64,000 bases of DNA from Octopus vulgaris (GCA_951406725.2 OX597833.1:46376001-46440000), one strand, 5' to 3'. Counted from the first letter of the stretch, positions 44,275 through 57,654 are shown. The notes: generated by a model from the sequence alone, not told the origin. Numbers and translations: made by a program.

Positions 44275-45168
44275 CACAGAGTCACTTATACTATACCTCA
44301 GTTATTCTCAATGACTTTCTGTACACGTTGCATCCTCTGCCGAGAGCCACGACACACGGCAAGCCGTTGTGGTAGGCACAAAGATCAAGTCTTCGGGCAA
44401 CCAAACCAATCCACCACCCCCACTACCACCACATCCACTACAAAAACTGTTGGGTGAATGGTAAGTGATGAATGACATAGCAGAGGAATTAGAATGAATG
44501 GTAATGGTGCGGGTGGGGGAGGGGAGCGGCGACAATAACGAGGAGGGGAGGTGGTGGTGGTGGTGGGAAGTGGAAGACGACGAAGGGACTCTTACATGTA
44601 AATAATAGCTTGGGTGGAACTGATGGAAATGTTAACAGACAACGGGGTGGGCTAGAGCTAGGATTAACAGGATAATGAGGGTGGTGCGGGGGGGGGACGT
44701 GGTACGTCTGTGGTGTGAACTGCTTGGTGTAAATGGCAAGAATTAGTGAGATGGTATGTCGTAGTAAAATTCTAACGTTGAATGACTAACGCCATAGCGA
44801 TGATGATGGTGGTGGTGGTAGCAGTGGTGGCGGCGATGATGGCGGCGGTGGCGGTGGCGGCAGCATTATGGCGGTGGGTGTGGAGGTGTATTGTCATGGT
44901 AGCGGTGGTGCTGATGCTAGTAGTGGTTGTAGTATAGTGCTTGAGAAATTCAGTACTAATGTCAGTGATAGAGGCGACCGTGGTGGTAGTCGTTGTGGTG
45001 GTCGTGGTTTTAGCGGTGGTTGTAACGAACGTTGTGGATGGGGGTGATGATGGTGGCGGCGATGGTGGTTGTATTGATGGTGGTAATGTGATGGAGATAG
45101 TAGTGTAGGAGAAAGTGATAGTGGTGATGTTAAGCAATATTGAGTCTTGTGGAAACAGCAGCAGTATC

Positions 45169-45245
<77 letters not shown>

Positions 45246-46355
45246 TAGTAGTAGTAGTGGCGGAGCGGTGGTGGTAGTATTAGTATTAGTATTATTATTA
45301 TTATTAGTAGTAGTAGTAGTAGTAGTCGCGGAGGGGTGGTGGTGGTAGTAGTAGTTGTAGTAGTAGCGGAGGGGGGATAGTAGTAGTAGTAGTAGTGGCG
45401 GAGGGGTGGTGGTAGTAGTAGTAGTAGTAGTTGCTGTTGTGGTTGTGTGGTGGCGGCGGTGGTGATGGTGGTGGTGGTGAAAAGTTTAGGGTTTCTTGTT
45501 GAAATGGCAACAAGGAGGGAACCGAGTATTGTTGACAACATACTCTTCCATACACAAACACACAGAATAAAATGGATTCTCACGCAAACACACGCACACA
45601 CACACACACACAAATGCAGATACACTCCTAAACTTAAATACTAGCACAAACACACACACACACGCACTCAAACACAAACGCTCAAACGCAAGCACAAAAC
45701 GCACACAAATATACACACAAACACAGGCTCAGACACATACAGAAATACGCAGCCGCACATATATATACACACTCACGTACACATAAATGCGAACACGAGC
45801 ATACACACTCGCTCAAATATACATTATTGCACATGCACAAAAACGCATACGCATACTGGTACGTACACATACACACAAACACATGCATATATAAACACCA
45901 GCACAATGCATATACTCAAACAGAAGCAGAAACACACTCAATGCCACAAATACAAGCGCATACACATACAAACACACAAAGCGCAAGTACACACAGATAC
46001 ACACACAAATGTGCATACACACACACACACACACACATAAATAAATACATGCAAATACACACAAAAGGTCAAACACATAGATACATACGTATTCCTTCAG
46101 ATATTTCGAGTTGTAGCGTGGGAGCGAATCCGTGAAACGCTATCCTCAGTTGGCGGCTCCTACGTGGCCGCTTAACTTCGACCAGCTAGAAGCAGCAGCT
46201 AACTAACTTCAACTTCACTTCCTACTGACTTAAAAAATGAAAAGTGGATGAAAGAGAGAATGGACACTATAGTTTTGCAAATCGTATTTGCTGGCGTATA
46301 TCAAGCACTCGTGCATATGATGCATCCCTATTTTACAAGGAAATATAATATGCTT

Positions 46356-46592
46356 TGTGAGGTATATTTGCCATCTCAATATGGCTAACCACTAAGGGTG
46401 GGTGTTACTGTAGCTTGTAGCCCCAGGGGAACATCTCCTCCAGCTGGCTTTAGGCACACTTTCTGTGCCCTTAAGGTATTTTCAAAGGGAGGTCCTAAAG
46501 CCAGCTGGAGGAGATGTTCTCCTGGGGCTACAAGCTACAGTAATACCCACCCTTAGTGGTTAGCCATATTGAGATGGCAAGTATACTTCACA
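46356..46592. repeat. Long near-perfect inverted repeat (99 bp arms, 39 bp spacer), MITE/fold-back-like
   Basis: 46356-46454 is the reverse complement of 46494-46592 with few mismatches. Confidence 0.85.
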
Positions 46593-46829
46593 TTGTCGTG
46601 CAGTTACTGTTTATACCTCGTTCAGAGATTTATTATTGCATAATATGCTTCATATGGAATAAAATGGTAAAATGGCCCCAATGTGTGTTTGTTCGTTTTG
46701 CAAGATTCCGAATGCAAAATCGTGTTTTGAAACATATTCTTGTAGTTCGGGATGGTCGTTTTAACTCCTGTCCATTGTCCGGAAATCTTTCGTCACACAT
46801 CTGTGACCTCTTCAGTGACAGTAATAAGA

Positions 46830-46859
46830 ACAGATTTGGTAGATGGATACTGAAGGAAG

Positions 46860-46912
<53 letters not shown>

Positions 46913-46914
46913 GT

Positions 46915-46987
<73 letters not shown>

Positions 46988-47269
46988 TTTGTTCCCCCAC
47001 CATTACATGGCAACCGATGTTGGTGTGTTCACGTCCCCGAAACTTAGTGGCTCGACAAGACACCGGTAGAATGGGTACTAGACTTACAAAGAATAAGTCC
47101 CATGGTGGGTCGATTTCTTCAACTAAAGACTGACCTCCAGCATGGCCACAGTCAAAAGACTGATACACCAGGCTTATAAAGAATAAATCCAGGGGCCGAT
47201 TTCTCCGAGTAAAAAAAACGTGCTCCAGCATGGCCACAGTTAAATGACAGAAAGAAGTAAAATAATAAA

Positions 47270-47270
<1 letters not shown>
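46830..47270 (+). mobile_element. SINE family A, 5'-truncated, with duplicated tail
   Basis: ctccagcatggccacagt occurs twice, at about 47135 and 47223. Confidence 0.75.
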
Positions 47271-47341
<71 letters not shown>

Positions 47342-48249
47342 CTAAATAGATAGATAGATACACACACATACATACACACACATACACACACACACGCACA
47401 CACACATATATACATACAAATTTGTGTGTATGTATGTATATATGTATGCATGTCTGTGTACACCTTTCAGTGCCATGTATGACAGAAGGTCTGCAAATCT
47501 AACGGAGTCCTCAAAAGACATTTTAAAATCCACAAATATCAGAACTTAACGGCAGCTTTTGGTGGTCCAAATCGGATATGCAATCTATGTGGGTGTCCTT
47601 TCAAAACATTGGTTTAAAAAACCACATCTGATGCCATGATGGTTCGAAAGTGTAGGTACAGGAGGTGGTCAAACCATGTATGCATGTATAAATTGGGGCC
47701 CTGGTACGGGAGTTTCGGGGTTTTGAGGAATATGAAGCCACTGCCTAGCAACTATTTTTCTCAGGTCTGTTCTGACTTGGAGTGGGGAAAATGTATGATT
47801 CTGTGCATGTAAATACAATACTGTAACAGTAAATAGGGATAAAGTGTGAAATTATAGATTTACCATATATAAACATTAGATTAGAACCGTAATTCAATTT
47901 TATCTTCTTTCAGATCAAACTGTATAGTTGTTTACATTTTGGTCAAGAGAATTACCATACAGGATGTGAATACTCGTACTTTTGGCCACGATGTTTCGTG
48001 TTACTGCGATTAATCACGTGCGTGCGCCCGTGTGAGTGCGTGTGTTTGTGTGTGCGTGTGTGTGTATTTTGTTGTTGTCGTGTGTAATTCTTAGTTGGCC
48101 TTGATTGAACACCCATGATTAATGGTGGCTTAAAAGACTGTATCTTTCGCTGTTTTAAGGCAGCATGTTCTTACTTGAGGGATACTTAACTGGGTTTTCT
48201 CGCAATTTCTGCTATAACATAGAGGTTCTTTTGTTACCTAATGTATATG

Positions 48250-48319
<70 letters not shown>

Positions 48320-48329
<10 letters not shown>

Positions 48330-48644
48330 TATTAGAGACAAAACCACTATTTTGCAAAACAAACAAGGAAAGACTTAATCAATACATAAAATTTTAATAA
48401 ATAGTCAAAAAAACCGCCACTACAATCGTTTCTTGTCTTGATCGACAATCTTCAGGTGGACTTCCAATAATTCAGTTACAAATAATTTGTAACTGAATTA
48501 TTGGAAGTCCACCGAAATTGTCACAAGACAAGAAACGATTGTAGTGGCGGTTTTTTTGACTATTTATTAAAATTTTATGTATTGATTAAGTCTTTCCTTG
48601 TTTGTTTTGCAAAATAGTGGTTTTGTCTCTAATAATATTTTATA
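48320..48644. mobile_element. 325 bp fold-back palindrome (PLE inverted pLTR-like) next to (TA)n
   Basis: Arms are symmetric about 48484 and essentially perfect except within the ribozyme region. Confidence 0.9.
48417..48459 (-). ncRNA. Canonical minimal type I hammerhead ribozyme motif
   Basis: Stem I CCAC/GUGG, core CUGAAGA, stem II UUGUC-GAUCAA-GACAA, GAA, stem III AC-GAUU-GU. Predicted cleavage after GUA. Confidence 0.8.
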
Positions 48645-48746
48645 ATATTTTACTATAAAATTGGATTTAATCCTAAATCTGATTTTTTTCCCTGTAAATT
48701 TATATGTATGTGTGTATGTATATATATATATATATATGTATATATA

Positions 48747-48845
<99 letters not shown>

Positions 48846-49123
48846 ATATGAGTGTGTGTATATATGTTTGTCTATCTTATACAGAACTACACTATTCTAC
48901 ATTCTACTTTATTTTTATTACTATTAAAACTACATCCTCTTTATGCATTACGTCATTTCCGCCAAGATGATGATGGGTTGAAACGAGTCAGTAGAAGTTA
49001 CATCTCATCCTAACCTCAGGGCTCTTGTTGTGTTACATCGATCGCTTGCGAGCCCTTATGATCTTACTCACCCCAAAAGGCAAAAAAAAAATTTTAAAAC
49101 CTTCAGTACTCTGAAGGTTTTTA

Positions 49124-49541
49124 GGCGTCGGAGTGGCTGTGTGGTAAGTAGCTTGCTTACGAACCACATGGTTCCGGGTTCAGTCCCACTGCGTGACACT
49201 TTGGGCATGTGTCTTCTACTATAGCCTCGGGCCGACCAAAGCCTTGTGAATGGATTTGGTAGACGGAAACTGAAAAGAAGCTCGTCGTATATATATGTAT
49301 ATATATATGTGTGTGTGTGTGTGTGTGCGTGTTTTCTGTGTTTGTCCCCCCAACATCGCTTGACAACCGATGCTGGTGTGTTTATGTCCCCGTAACTTAG
49401 CGGTTCGGCAAAAAAGAGACCGATAAAATTAGTACTAGGCTTACAAAGAATAAGTCCCGGGGTCGATTTGATCGACTAAAGGCGGTGCTCCAGCATGGCC
49501 ACAGTCACATGACTGAAACAAGTAAAAGAGAGTAAAAAGAG
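49124..49541 (+). mobile_element. SINE family A, full length
   Basis: Complete head, body, internal microsatellite and tail. Confidence 0.92.
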
Positions 49542-49949
49542 TACTCTGATACTCCGAAAAACGAATGATTGGATGAATGAGTAAAACAGGCACCTCCTGG
49601 GATCGGGAAAACCTGCTGGCTCAATTCCTATGTACCGATTCCTTCGAGACTATATTTTCTTTTTTTTTATTGATTTTTCACTTCGAAGATTCTACGTTTA
49701 TTTCTACCATCCCAACTCTGCAGGAACCTCTTAATTAAATCAGTCTTTTAAAAAGCGAAAACAACTTGATGTTTATCGATTTAAGATACAACATTCACCA
49801 GGATAAATTTACCGATTACCAAATTCACCAATTGGATAATTATCCTACAAGCAATTGAGATTAACAACTCGGTCACCGATTTTTATTAGTTTTAAACACT
49901 GAGTAGTAAATACGTACGACTTAGGTTTATTTTAAAATCACGTATACAT

Positions 49950-50098
49950 CGTGGCGGTATGATAAGAAGCTTATTTCTCAACCACATGATTTCGGGTTCG
50001 GTCCCATTGCGTGGTACCTTGGCCAAGTATCTTCTACCTCAGGCTCACCAAAACCTTGTGAATGGATTTGGTAGACGGGAAACTGAGAAAAGCCAGTC

Positions 50099-50148
<50 letters not shown>

Positions 50149-50197
50149 GTCTGTCTATCTATCTATCTATCTATCTGTCTGTCTATCTATCTATCTG

Positions 50198-50240
<43 letters not shown>

Positions 50241-50273
50241 GTCTGTCTGTCTATCTATCTGTCTATCTGTCTG

Positions 50274-50319
<46 letters not shown>

Positions 50320-50592
50320 CGTGTGTCTTTGCGTGTGCGTTTGTATGAGTGTGTGTGAGAAATAGACTTTGTGTCTGTGTTTGTCCCCCCTTCACCGTTT
50401 GAAAACCGGTGTTAGTGTGTTTACGTCCCTGTAATTTAAGGGTTTAGTTTAAAGAGACCGATAGAATAAGTACCAGGCTTTTTTGAAGAAAAATAAGTAC
50501 CGGAGTCGGTTCGGTTCACTCGACCAAAATCCTTCAAGGTTATGCTCCAGCATGGCCACAGTCTAATGAGTGAAACAAGTTAAAGATAAAAA
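49950..50592 (+). mobile_element. Diverged SINE family A with an internal (TATC)n expansion
   Basis: Head and tail motifs flank a TATC tract. Confidence 0.75.
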
Positions 50593-50754
50593 AAGGTAAC
50601 ATATAAAAGATCAGTAGAACTTTCAAGATATTTCTACAATGAGCTATGGCCCTTAAATATGGAATGATGCGAAACATCAGATTCGTGGTTTACAACAATA
50701 TTGTTATATTCTGTCGGTGCCGTTGAGATAGTCAAAGTAAGGTTTTATAATCGG

Positions 50755-51545
50755 TGAATTGCTACAAATGAATTAAGGCGTTTAGTAACAGACCGTCGTA
50801 AGCGCCACAACGTAAAAACCGAGTACAAATGAATTAAGGCGTTTAGTAACAGACCGTCGTAAGCGTCACAACATAAAAACCGTGAAAAATTCAGTCAAAG
50901 CCTTGCGACTTTCAGAATGCGATGTCTCAGCAAGGAATGAAGTTAGGAAGCTGGTTTTGGTCTTAAAATGACCGTGAAGACCTTCTCTAATCATTCCACC
51001 TATGTAAAATTATTTATTTCTGTATGCATCTGAAATATGAAACAATTACTGCATCTTTCTCGTTTTGTAGAACATACCGGTACTACGAAACGGTGTATCG
51101 CATTGCATATTTTAGCCAAAATAACTAGAAAAAAATACAGAGACCTTCAAAGGTATTGTTTGTGTTTTAATATGACAAGGTAAGTATTTTAACTGGTAAG
51201 TAAGACAAGATAGTAAGATAATAACCCATTATCATTACGATGAGCCATAACACCTCGAAAAACGATAGAGGGGCCGTACCAAAGTTATTGATTGAGCGTA
51301 TGTGCTTACGATGGTGTGTTACTAAACTCTCTGGTCCGAGTTTGGGTGAGAGAGCATTGTGTCAATAGCTTTGAGGCACAATTTTTTTTAGCCGGATTTC
51401 CAATCTTATTGCAAGCCTCACCGGTTCTTTTCGGATTCTAGACGTCGAGACAAAGAAAATGATATACTAACCTCGAAAATGATTGAGGTGGCACTTACGA
51501 CACTCTGTTACTAAACGCCTCAATTGGTATCGAGCAATTTTCAGT
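50755..51545. mobile_element. Putative non-autonomous DNA transposon with direct and inverted subterminal repeats
   Basis: aattaaggcgtttagtaacagaccgtcgtaagcg occurs twice in tandem (61 bp period, about 50764-50882). Degenerate inverted copies lie at about 51302-51330 and 51490-51525. Confidence 0.45.
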
Positions 51546-51658
51546 AGACTGATGGTTTATTGAGTGGGTAAGAAATATCTAAAAGGTTTATACGGGAAAT
51601 CATTGCTATAGAAGACTAGAGCTGACCTGAGACGATACAAAAACAACAACAGCGACAG

Positions 51659-51850
51659 TGGAGGTGCAATGGCCCAGTGGTTAGGGCAGCGGACTCGCAG
51701 TCGTAAGAACGCGGTTTCGATTCCCAGACCGGCCATTGTGAGTGTTTATTGAGCAAAAACACCTAAGCTCCACGAGGCTCCGGCGCGGGGGTGGGCATGA
51801 ACCCCGCTGTACTCTTTCACCACAACTTTCTCTCACTCTTTCTTCCTACT
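51659..51850 (+). mobile_element. SINE family C, 3'-truncated
   Basis: tggaggtgcaatggcccagtggttagggcagcggactcg head. Confidence 0.85.
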
Positions 51851-52128
51851 TCTGCCACAAAGCAGAGTAACCATGGTGTAACCCACTATGGTGTGGTAAA
51901 CTTTCAGACCCTAGTCTAGATTGCGAATCCTCTGTACCCCAGGATGGTTCGGCTCTCCACCCGTTAAAAGCCACCGTTTACGGAATAAGGATAACAACGT
52001 AGCTTTCGCGCCCGTGCAACCACCAGTCTATCCCGTGTGCTGGGTGAATCTTCAAGTTGCCAGACGCATTCTTAGTAGCTTAGAGTAGGATCGAATTAGA
52101 GATTATTCTTTGTGGCTAATGGCGTGAG

Positions 52129-52490
52129 TCATCATCATCATTGTCGTCGTCATGATGATGATGATGATGATGATGGTGGTGGTGATGAAGATGAAGAAGA
52201 AGAAGAAGAAGAAGAAGAAGAGGGAGGAGGAAGAAGAAGAAGAAGAAGAAGAAGAAGAAGAAGAAGAAGAAGAAGAAGAAGAAGACGACAGCAATAATGG
52301 CGACAGTGGCAGCAATAGAAACATCAACAACAGCAACAACTGCAACAATAACAACAAAAAGAACAACAACAACAATAACAACAGTAGCAGCAGCAGCAAC
52401 GACAACAACAACAAAATCAATTAACATCGACAACAACATCAGCAACAACGACCGCAATAACACCAACAAGAACAACAACAATAACAACGA

Positions 52491-52521
<31 letters not shown>

Positions 52522-52783
52522 GCGATCTCAACTCTCAACCTTATTTTGAAATAATTTTATTTGAAAATATCTCGAAGCAATTGCTGAAAATTAGGACGGT
52601 GGGGTTCTACAGGTGTTTTTTTTTTACCTGTAATCAGATGACGGCCGCAGGTATTTTGTTCAAGAACATCGACCAGTGGCCAATGTCACTGGTGTCCCAA
52701 AACTAGGCCAAGAAAACAAGAAGAAGAAGAAGAAGATAGTAGTAGTAGTAATAGTAATAGTATAGTAGTAGTATTAGAATTAT

Positions 52784-52844
<61 letters not shown>

Positions 52845-52970
52845 GGTGATGGTGGTGGTAGTAGTAGTAGTAAAAGAAGAAGAAGAAGAAGAAGAAGAAG
52901 AAGAAGAAGAAGAACAACAACAACAACAACAGCAACAACAACAACAACAACAACAACAACGACAACAAAA
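52129..52970. repeat. Compound trinucleotide repeats (GAT, GAA, AAC, TAG)
   Basis: Read directly. Confidence 0.9.
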
Positions 52971-53202
52971 CAAAAGACGCAAGGGGTTGTGTTGAGGGAA
53001 AATATCCCTTCAATTTGGGCCGCATCCATCCATTGGATTATGAAATCCTCAAGCTCTTTGCATTGTTTACTTCAGGTATGTTCGTCTATTCTTAGATCAA
53101 GGCTTACAAAGGAGATACTCGCTTGGACAACAATCATTTCTTAAAATAAAAGAACAAGCAAGTGAGGAATTTTTCTCATCTTTCAAAAAAAAAACACTGA
53201 TA

Positions 53203-53271
<69 letters not shown>

Positions 53272-53485
53272 ACAGGCACATTTGCACACAGACAGAGGAA
53301 TATACTCATGCTTTGGCATTTACTCATGCACAATCACGTCGTACGCTGACATTTATACACATAAGCATACATAGACGTAGAGATATTCATATACACCCAG
53401 CTGCATATATGCGCACACATACATAAGCGCAAATATACAGTGATATAAATTCGCATGTACATTATACAAACATACACACACACAT

Positions 53486-53900
53486 AGGCGCAGGAGTGGC
53501 TGTGTGGTAAGTAACTTGCTTACCAATCACATGGTTCCGGGTTCAATCACATTGCGTGGCACCTTGGGCAAGTGTCTTCTACTACAGCCTAGGGCCGACC
53601 AAAGCATTGCGAGTGGATTTGGTAGACGGAAACTGAAAGAAGCCCGTCATATATATGTATATGTATATGTATATATGTGTGTGTGTGCGTGTGTTTGTGT
53701 GTCTGTGTTTGTCCCCCCAACATCGCCTGACAACCGATGCTGGTGTGTTTACGTCCCCGTGACTTAGTGGTTCGGCAAAAGAGACCGATAGAATAATTAC
53801 TAGGCTTCCAAAGAATATGTCCTGTGGTTGATTTGCTAGACTAAAGTCGGTGCTCCAGCATGGCCGCAGTCAAATGAGTGAAACATATAAAAGAGTAAAG
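53486..53900 (+). mobile_element. SINE family A, full length
   Basis: Complete family A structure. Confidence 0.92.
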
Positions 53901-54169
53901 AATGGAGAGAGTACACATAAAAATACTTAAATATACACATACAAGCATACAAACACACACACACACTCACAAACCTGCTGATAAACAACAACCTACAAGA
54001 AATAGCAACCTAAATGCTTTTAAATCAGATCCCAATGCTGGATGTTCAAAGAACCAAATGAAGGGCAGATTTTCAATCCCGGAATCATTTTGATTCCAAA
54101 AACGGAAAATATGTCTATGTGGAGCAAATGAGATACAAGAGTCCCAGACAGACAGACAGAACTTCGCTC

Positions 54170-54227
<58 letters not shown>

Positions 54228-54463
54228 GTTTATTATTATGATTATCATTATTATATATGTATACGCATGTATGCACATACATACATTCATTTAAGTGCGT
54301 ATAATCGAATGTGTGTGAACTTACGTGAGTTGGAATGTTTATACCTATTCTTACGTGAGTGGGTGGTTTGAAACTGTGAGAAAAATTCCTCACCTGTCTG
54401 TTCAATTAGTGTAAATAAATATACATACATATTCACATACATATATCTATATCTATCTATCTA

Positions 54464-54498
<35 letters not shown>

Positions 54499-54936
54499 CA
54501 TATATATATACGCAGATACATACACACACATACACACACACACTAACACATTCATATACATATAGTGTAAGACTTCTCTATACACTAACAATCACACGCA
54601 TACCAAGCAACGTTGAGGCGTACTCAACGTTCACTCACACAAAAAACATATAGTTCACATTTAGACAGTAAAATTTGAACAAAGGAGATTTATTGCATTT
54701 TGTTGCTTAAGAGAACCTTTTACTTGCGTTAATGGTATGAGTAAATAACAAAACAATAATGGGTGTGATTCAGGGTGGCGCACCGAAGTTCTTGTTTGAA
54801 GGAAAGACATTCAGAACTAATGTCACCTTACTCTTCTCTCGTTCATTTTATCTCACTCACACACACATTCTCTCTCCCTCCCTACCTCTATCCCCCCATC
54901 TCTCTCTCTCTATATATATATATATATTTATATATA

Positions 54937-55335
54937 CTAGCAGTATCGCCCGGCGTTGCTCGGGTTTGTAAGGGAAATAACTATGTAAGCATTTTTAGAG
55001 AGTTATAGCCAAAAAATAGCAAAAGAATGCATTAAAAATGGAAAAAAAATTATGGTAAATTTTTTTTTAAATCGTTGACTCATCGTAGACATTTTTTGAG
55101 AGTTACTTCCCTTATATAATAGCGAAAAAAATGCATTAAAATGGAAAAAAATGATGGTAATTTTTTTTTTAAATCGTAGACTCATCGTAGACGCGCGCTA
55201 ATACCCAGAAGGGCTCGATATGAATCACGACTATAAGATACCCGGTTTTGGTTAAACTGCACCGCAAAATGTGGGAGTAGTTAGGAATCTAAATCGTAGG
55301 AGACAGACACACAACCTTACTTTTATATATAAAGA
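54937..55335 (-). mobile_element. Non-autonomous Helitron
   Basis: The minus strand begins TC (tctttatatataaaag) and ends with the GC hairpin cccgagcaacgccggg then CTAG. It is inserted between A and T with no TSD and contains an internal tandem repeat of about 110 bp. Confidence 0.85.
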
Positions 55336-55338
55336 TAT

Positions 55339-55570
55339 CATTTAACGTTTGTTGTCCGTGCTGGCATGGGTTGGACGGTTTGACTGGGCTGGCACACTGG
55401 AAAGCTGATTTGGCATGTTTTTTATGGTTGGATGCCTTTCCTAATGCCAACCAGTCTGAGAGTGTAATGGATGTGCCACCTGCATGGGTGCCATTTGCAT
55501 GACACTGGGGTGCTTATATGTGCCACCAGTACAGGTGCCAATTTCGTGACACCGGCATCTGCCACGACTG

Positions 55571-55572
<2 letters not shown>
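55339..55572 (-). mobile_element. Retroposon 3' fragment (RTE-tail-like)
   Basis: The ggttggatgcc(t)ttcctaatgccaacc hairpin motif is typical of RTE-associated SINE/LINE tails; recognised by recall only. Confidence 0.5.
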
Positions 55573-55634
<62 letters not shown>

Positions 55635-55647
55635 GTGTGTGTGTGTG

Positions 55648-55958
55648 AGGGTGCATGGTTCAGTGGTTACAATCGTGAGGTTGCGAGTTCGATGCCTGAA
55701 CTGGCCTGTGTGCCGTGTTCTTGAGCAAGACACTTCATTTATCGTTGCTCCAGTTCACTCAGCTATAGAAATGAGTTGCGACATTATTGTTGCCAAGTTG
55801 TTTCGGCCTCTTTGAATAACATCGGTGACATGAAGAGTGGTGGGAGACTAGTATGCATGGGCGACTGCTGGTTTTCCATAAGCAACCTTGCCCGGATTTG
55901 TACCTCAGAGGGTAACTTTCTAGGTGCAACCCCATGGTCATTTGTGACCGAAGAGGTC
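55648..55958 (+). mobile_element. tRNA-derived SINE related to family C
   Basis: gcatggttcagtggtta head and gtgttcttgagcaagacacttcattt segment, shared with the 31004 copy. Confidence 0.65.
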
Positions 55959-56129
55959 GTTACATTTAAATATATATATAATAGCATCAGCAAAGTTCGA
56001 CCCAGGAATCCAAGGATAAAGAATGTATGTATGTGTATATGCACGTATATGAGTGTGTGTGTAAATGTATGAATATATACAATATATATATATATACATA
56101 CATACATATATGTATGTATACACGCACGC

Positions 56130-56166
<37 letters not shown>

Positions 56167-56173
56167 CATATAT

Positions 56174-56782
56174 GGTGGGACAGAAGGCTTAAAGAATGCC
56201 TACTGCAGAAATCCATACTCGTAAACATGTACTCTCGCTATGTTGATGATATCAATATAGTAGTAAAGGCACCCCCACAAGAGAGTACTGTTGATATAGT
56301 AATAGAAACTAATACTATGGAGAGCATCCAGCAAATAGCTAACTCCATCCACCAGAGTATTAAGGTCACAATAGACTACCCCACTAAACACCCCAACCAT
56401 AGACTACCAGTACTAGACACTGAACTCTGGCTAGAAATTGTGAAAAATAAAACCCAAATCCTTCATTCATACTATGCAAAACCTATGGCCTCAAAATACC
56501 TGATCCACCGGAACTCAGCCATTGCGGGCAATGCCAAATTCAATATTTTGATGGCAGACCTCGTCAGAATAATGAGAAATGTGTCACGCATGTGCGAGCC
56601 TACAGAATTAAAGAGACACATACAGTATTTCATTCACCGCATGCAGTTCTCAGGTTACAGCCATAAAGAAAGGATCAGAGTATACAAAGGAGCCATGAAG
56701 AAATTTGATAATATATTATGTAATGATAGGAATGGGATTTGCCCACTATATAGGAACAAGTCATGGAACACTATAGAAAGGA

Positions 56783-56817
<35 letters not shown>

Positions 56818-57407
56818 AAATAAGGAAGGCCAACTCTTGGTATGATAGCCATAAATACCAGAGTGTCATGTTCGTTGACACCACCCCTGGAGGTGAACTA
56901 GCGTACCGCTTTAGAAGGACCCTAGATAAACTTAAACTAAGAATTAAGGTTGTTGAAAAGCCAGGCAACCCTATCAGATCTATAATTGGTAGAACCTATC
57001 CTTTTAGTAGAACTCTCTGTACGGAAAACTATTGCACTGTATGTAGATTTAGCCCACAAACGAACTGTAAAGCCAGAAATGTGGTCTATAGTATAAGATG
57101 TATAGAGGGACGATGCAGTAACAAGACAGTAACATACGTAGGGGAAACTGCAAGAAGCATTGGTGAGCGGGTGAATGAACATTGGAGACAACTCAAGGAA
57201 GGTAAAAGCTCATCGATTCTGTACCAACACGCCGAACAAGAACACGGGGGATCAATCAATAACATAGAGATTAAGATATTGTCCACACATAGAACAGATG
57301 CAACAATGTTAGGGATTACAGAAGTTACACATATAATAGTATATATAAATAAACCTAGCCTGAATAGAAAACTAGAATGGAGCAATAGCGCACACCACAA
57401 CATATGA
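56174..57407 (+). pseudogene. 5'-truncated Penelope-like retroelement: RT C-terminal half/thumb plus C-terminal GIY-YIG endonuclease, frameshifted at an A-tract
   Basis: RYVDDINIV (RT catalytic motif), LPVLD and YYAKPM, then CTENYCTVC, NVVYSIRC and YVGETARSIGERVNEH. The frame changes at the A32 run (56784-56815). Flanked by (TA)n. Confidence 0.92.
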
Positions 57408-57431
57408 CAATAGTGGATCCCTGCATTGTAG

Positions 57432-57472
<41 letters not shown>

Positions 57473-57622
57473 ATACACATGTGCATATATAATGCATACA
57501 TATATATACATACATGCATACATATATATATTTATAGTTTTACATATATATATATACATATATATATTTATATATGTATATATATATATACATGTATATA
57601 TATATATTTGCATATGCTATAA

Positions 57623-57654
<32 letters not shown>

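Larger units (their letters stand above)
42520..44400 (-). pseudogene. L1/Tx1-clade LINE reverse transcriptase relic interrupted by SINE insertions
   Basis: Minus-strand fragments WLSAEDA, SPDLGNLSYKFY, LILLYSEFKVFVKVPAKRL, RSVHNIHLM, RQECPLSSLLY, SAYADGV and TGTKIN occur in the order expected for L1/Tx1 RT motifs. Confidence 0.75.

Noticed and set aside
52628-52702. 75 nt minus-strand segment bounded by a pyrimidine tract plus AG and by GT, looking like an exon
   Set aside because: Stop codons occur in all three frames, and the pyrimidine tract is a (TTC)n microsatellite.
52975-53075. Plus-strand open frame ending at CAG/GTATGT
   Set aside because: No upstream acceptor or start, and no recognisable protein similarity.
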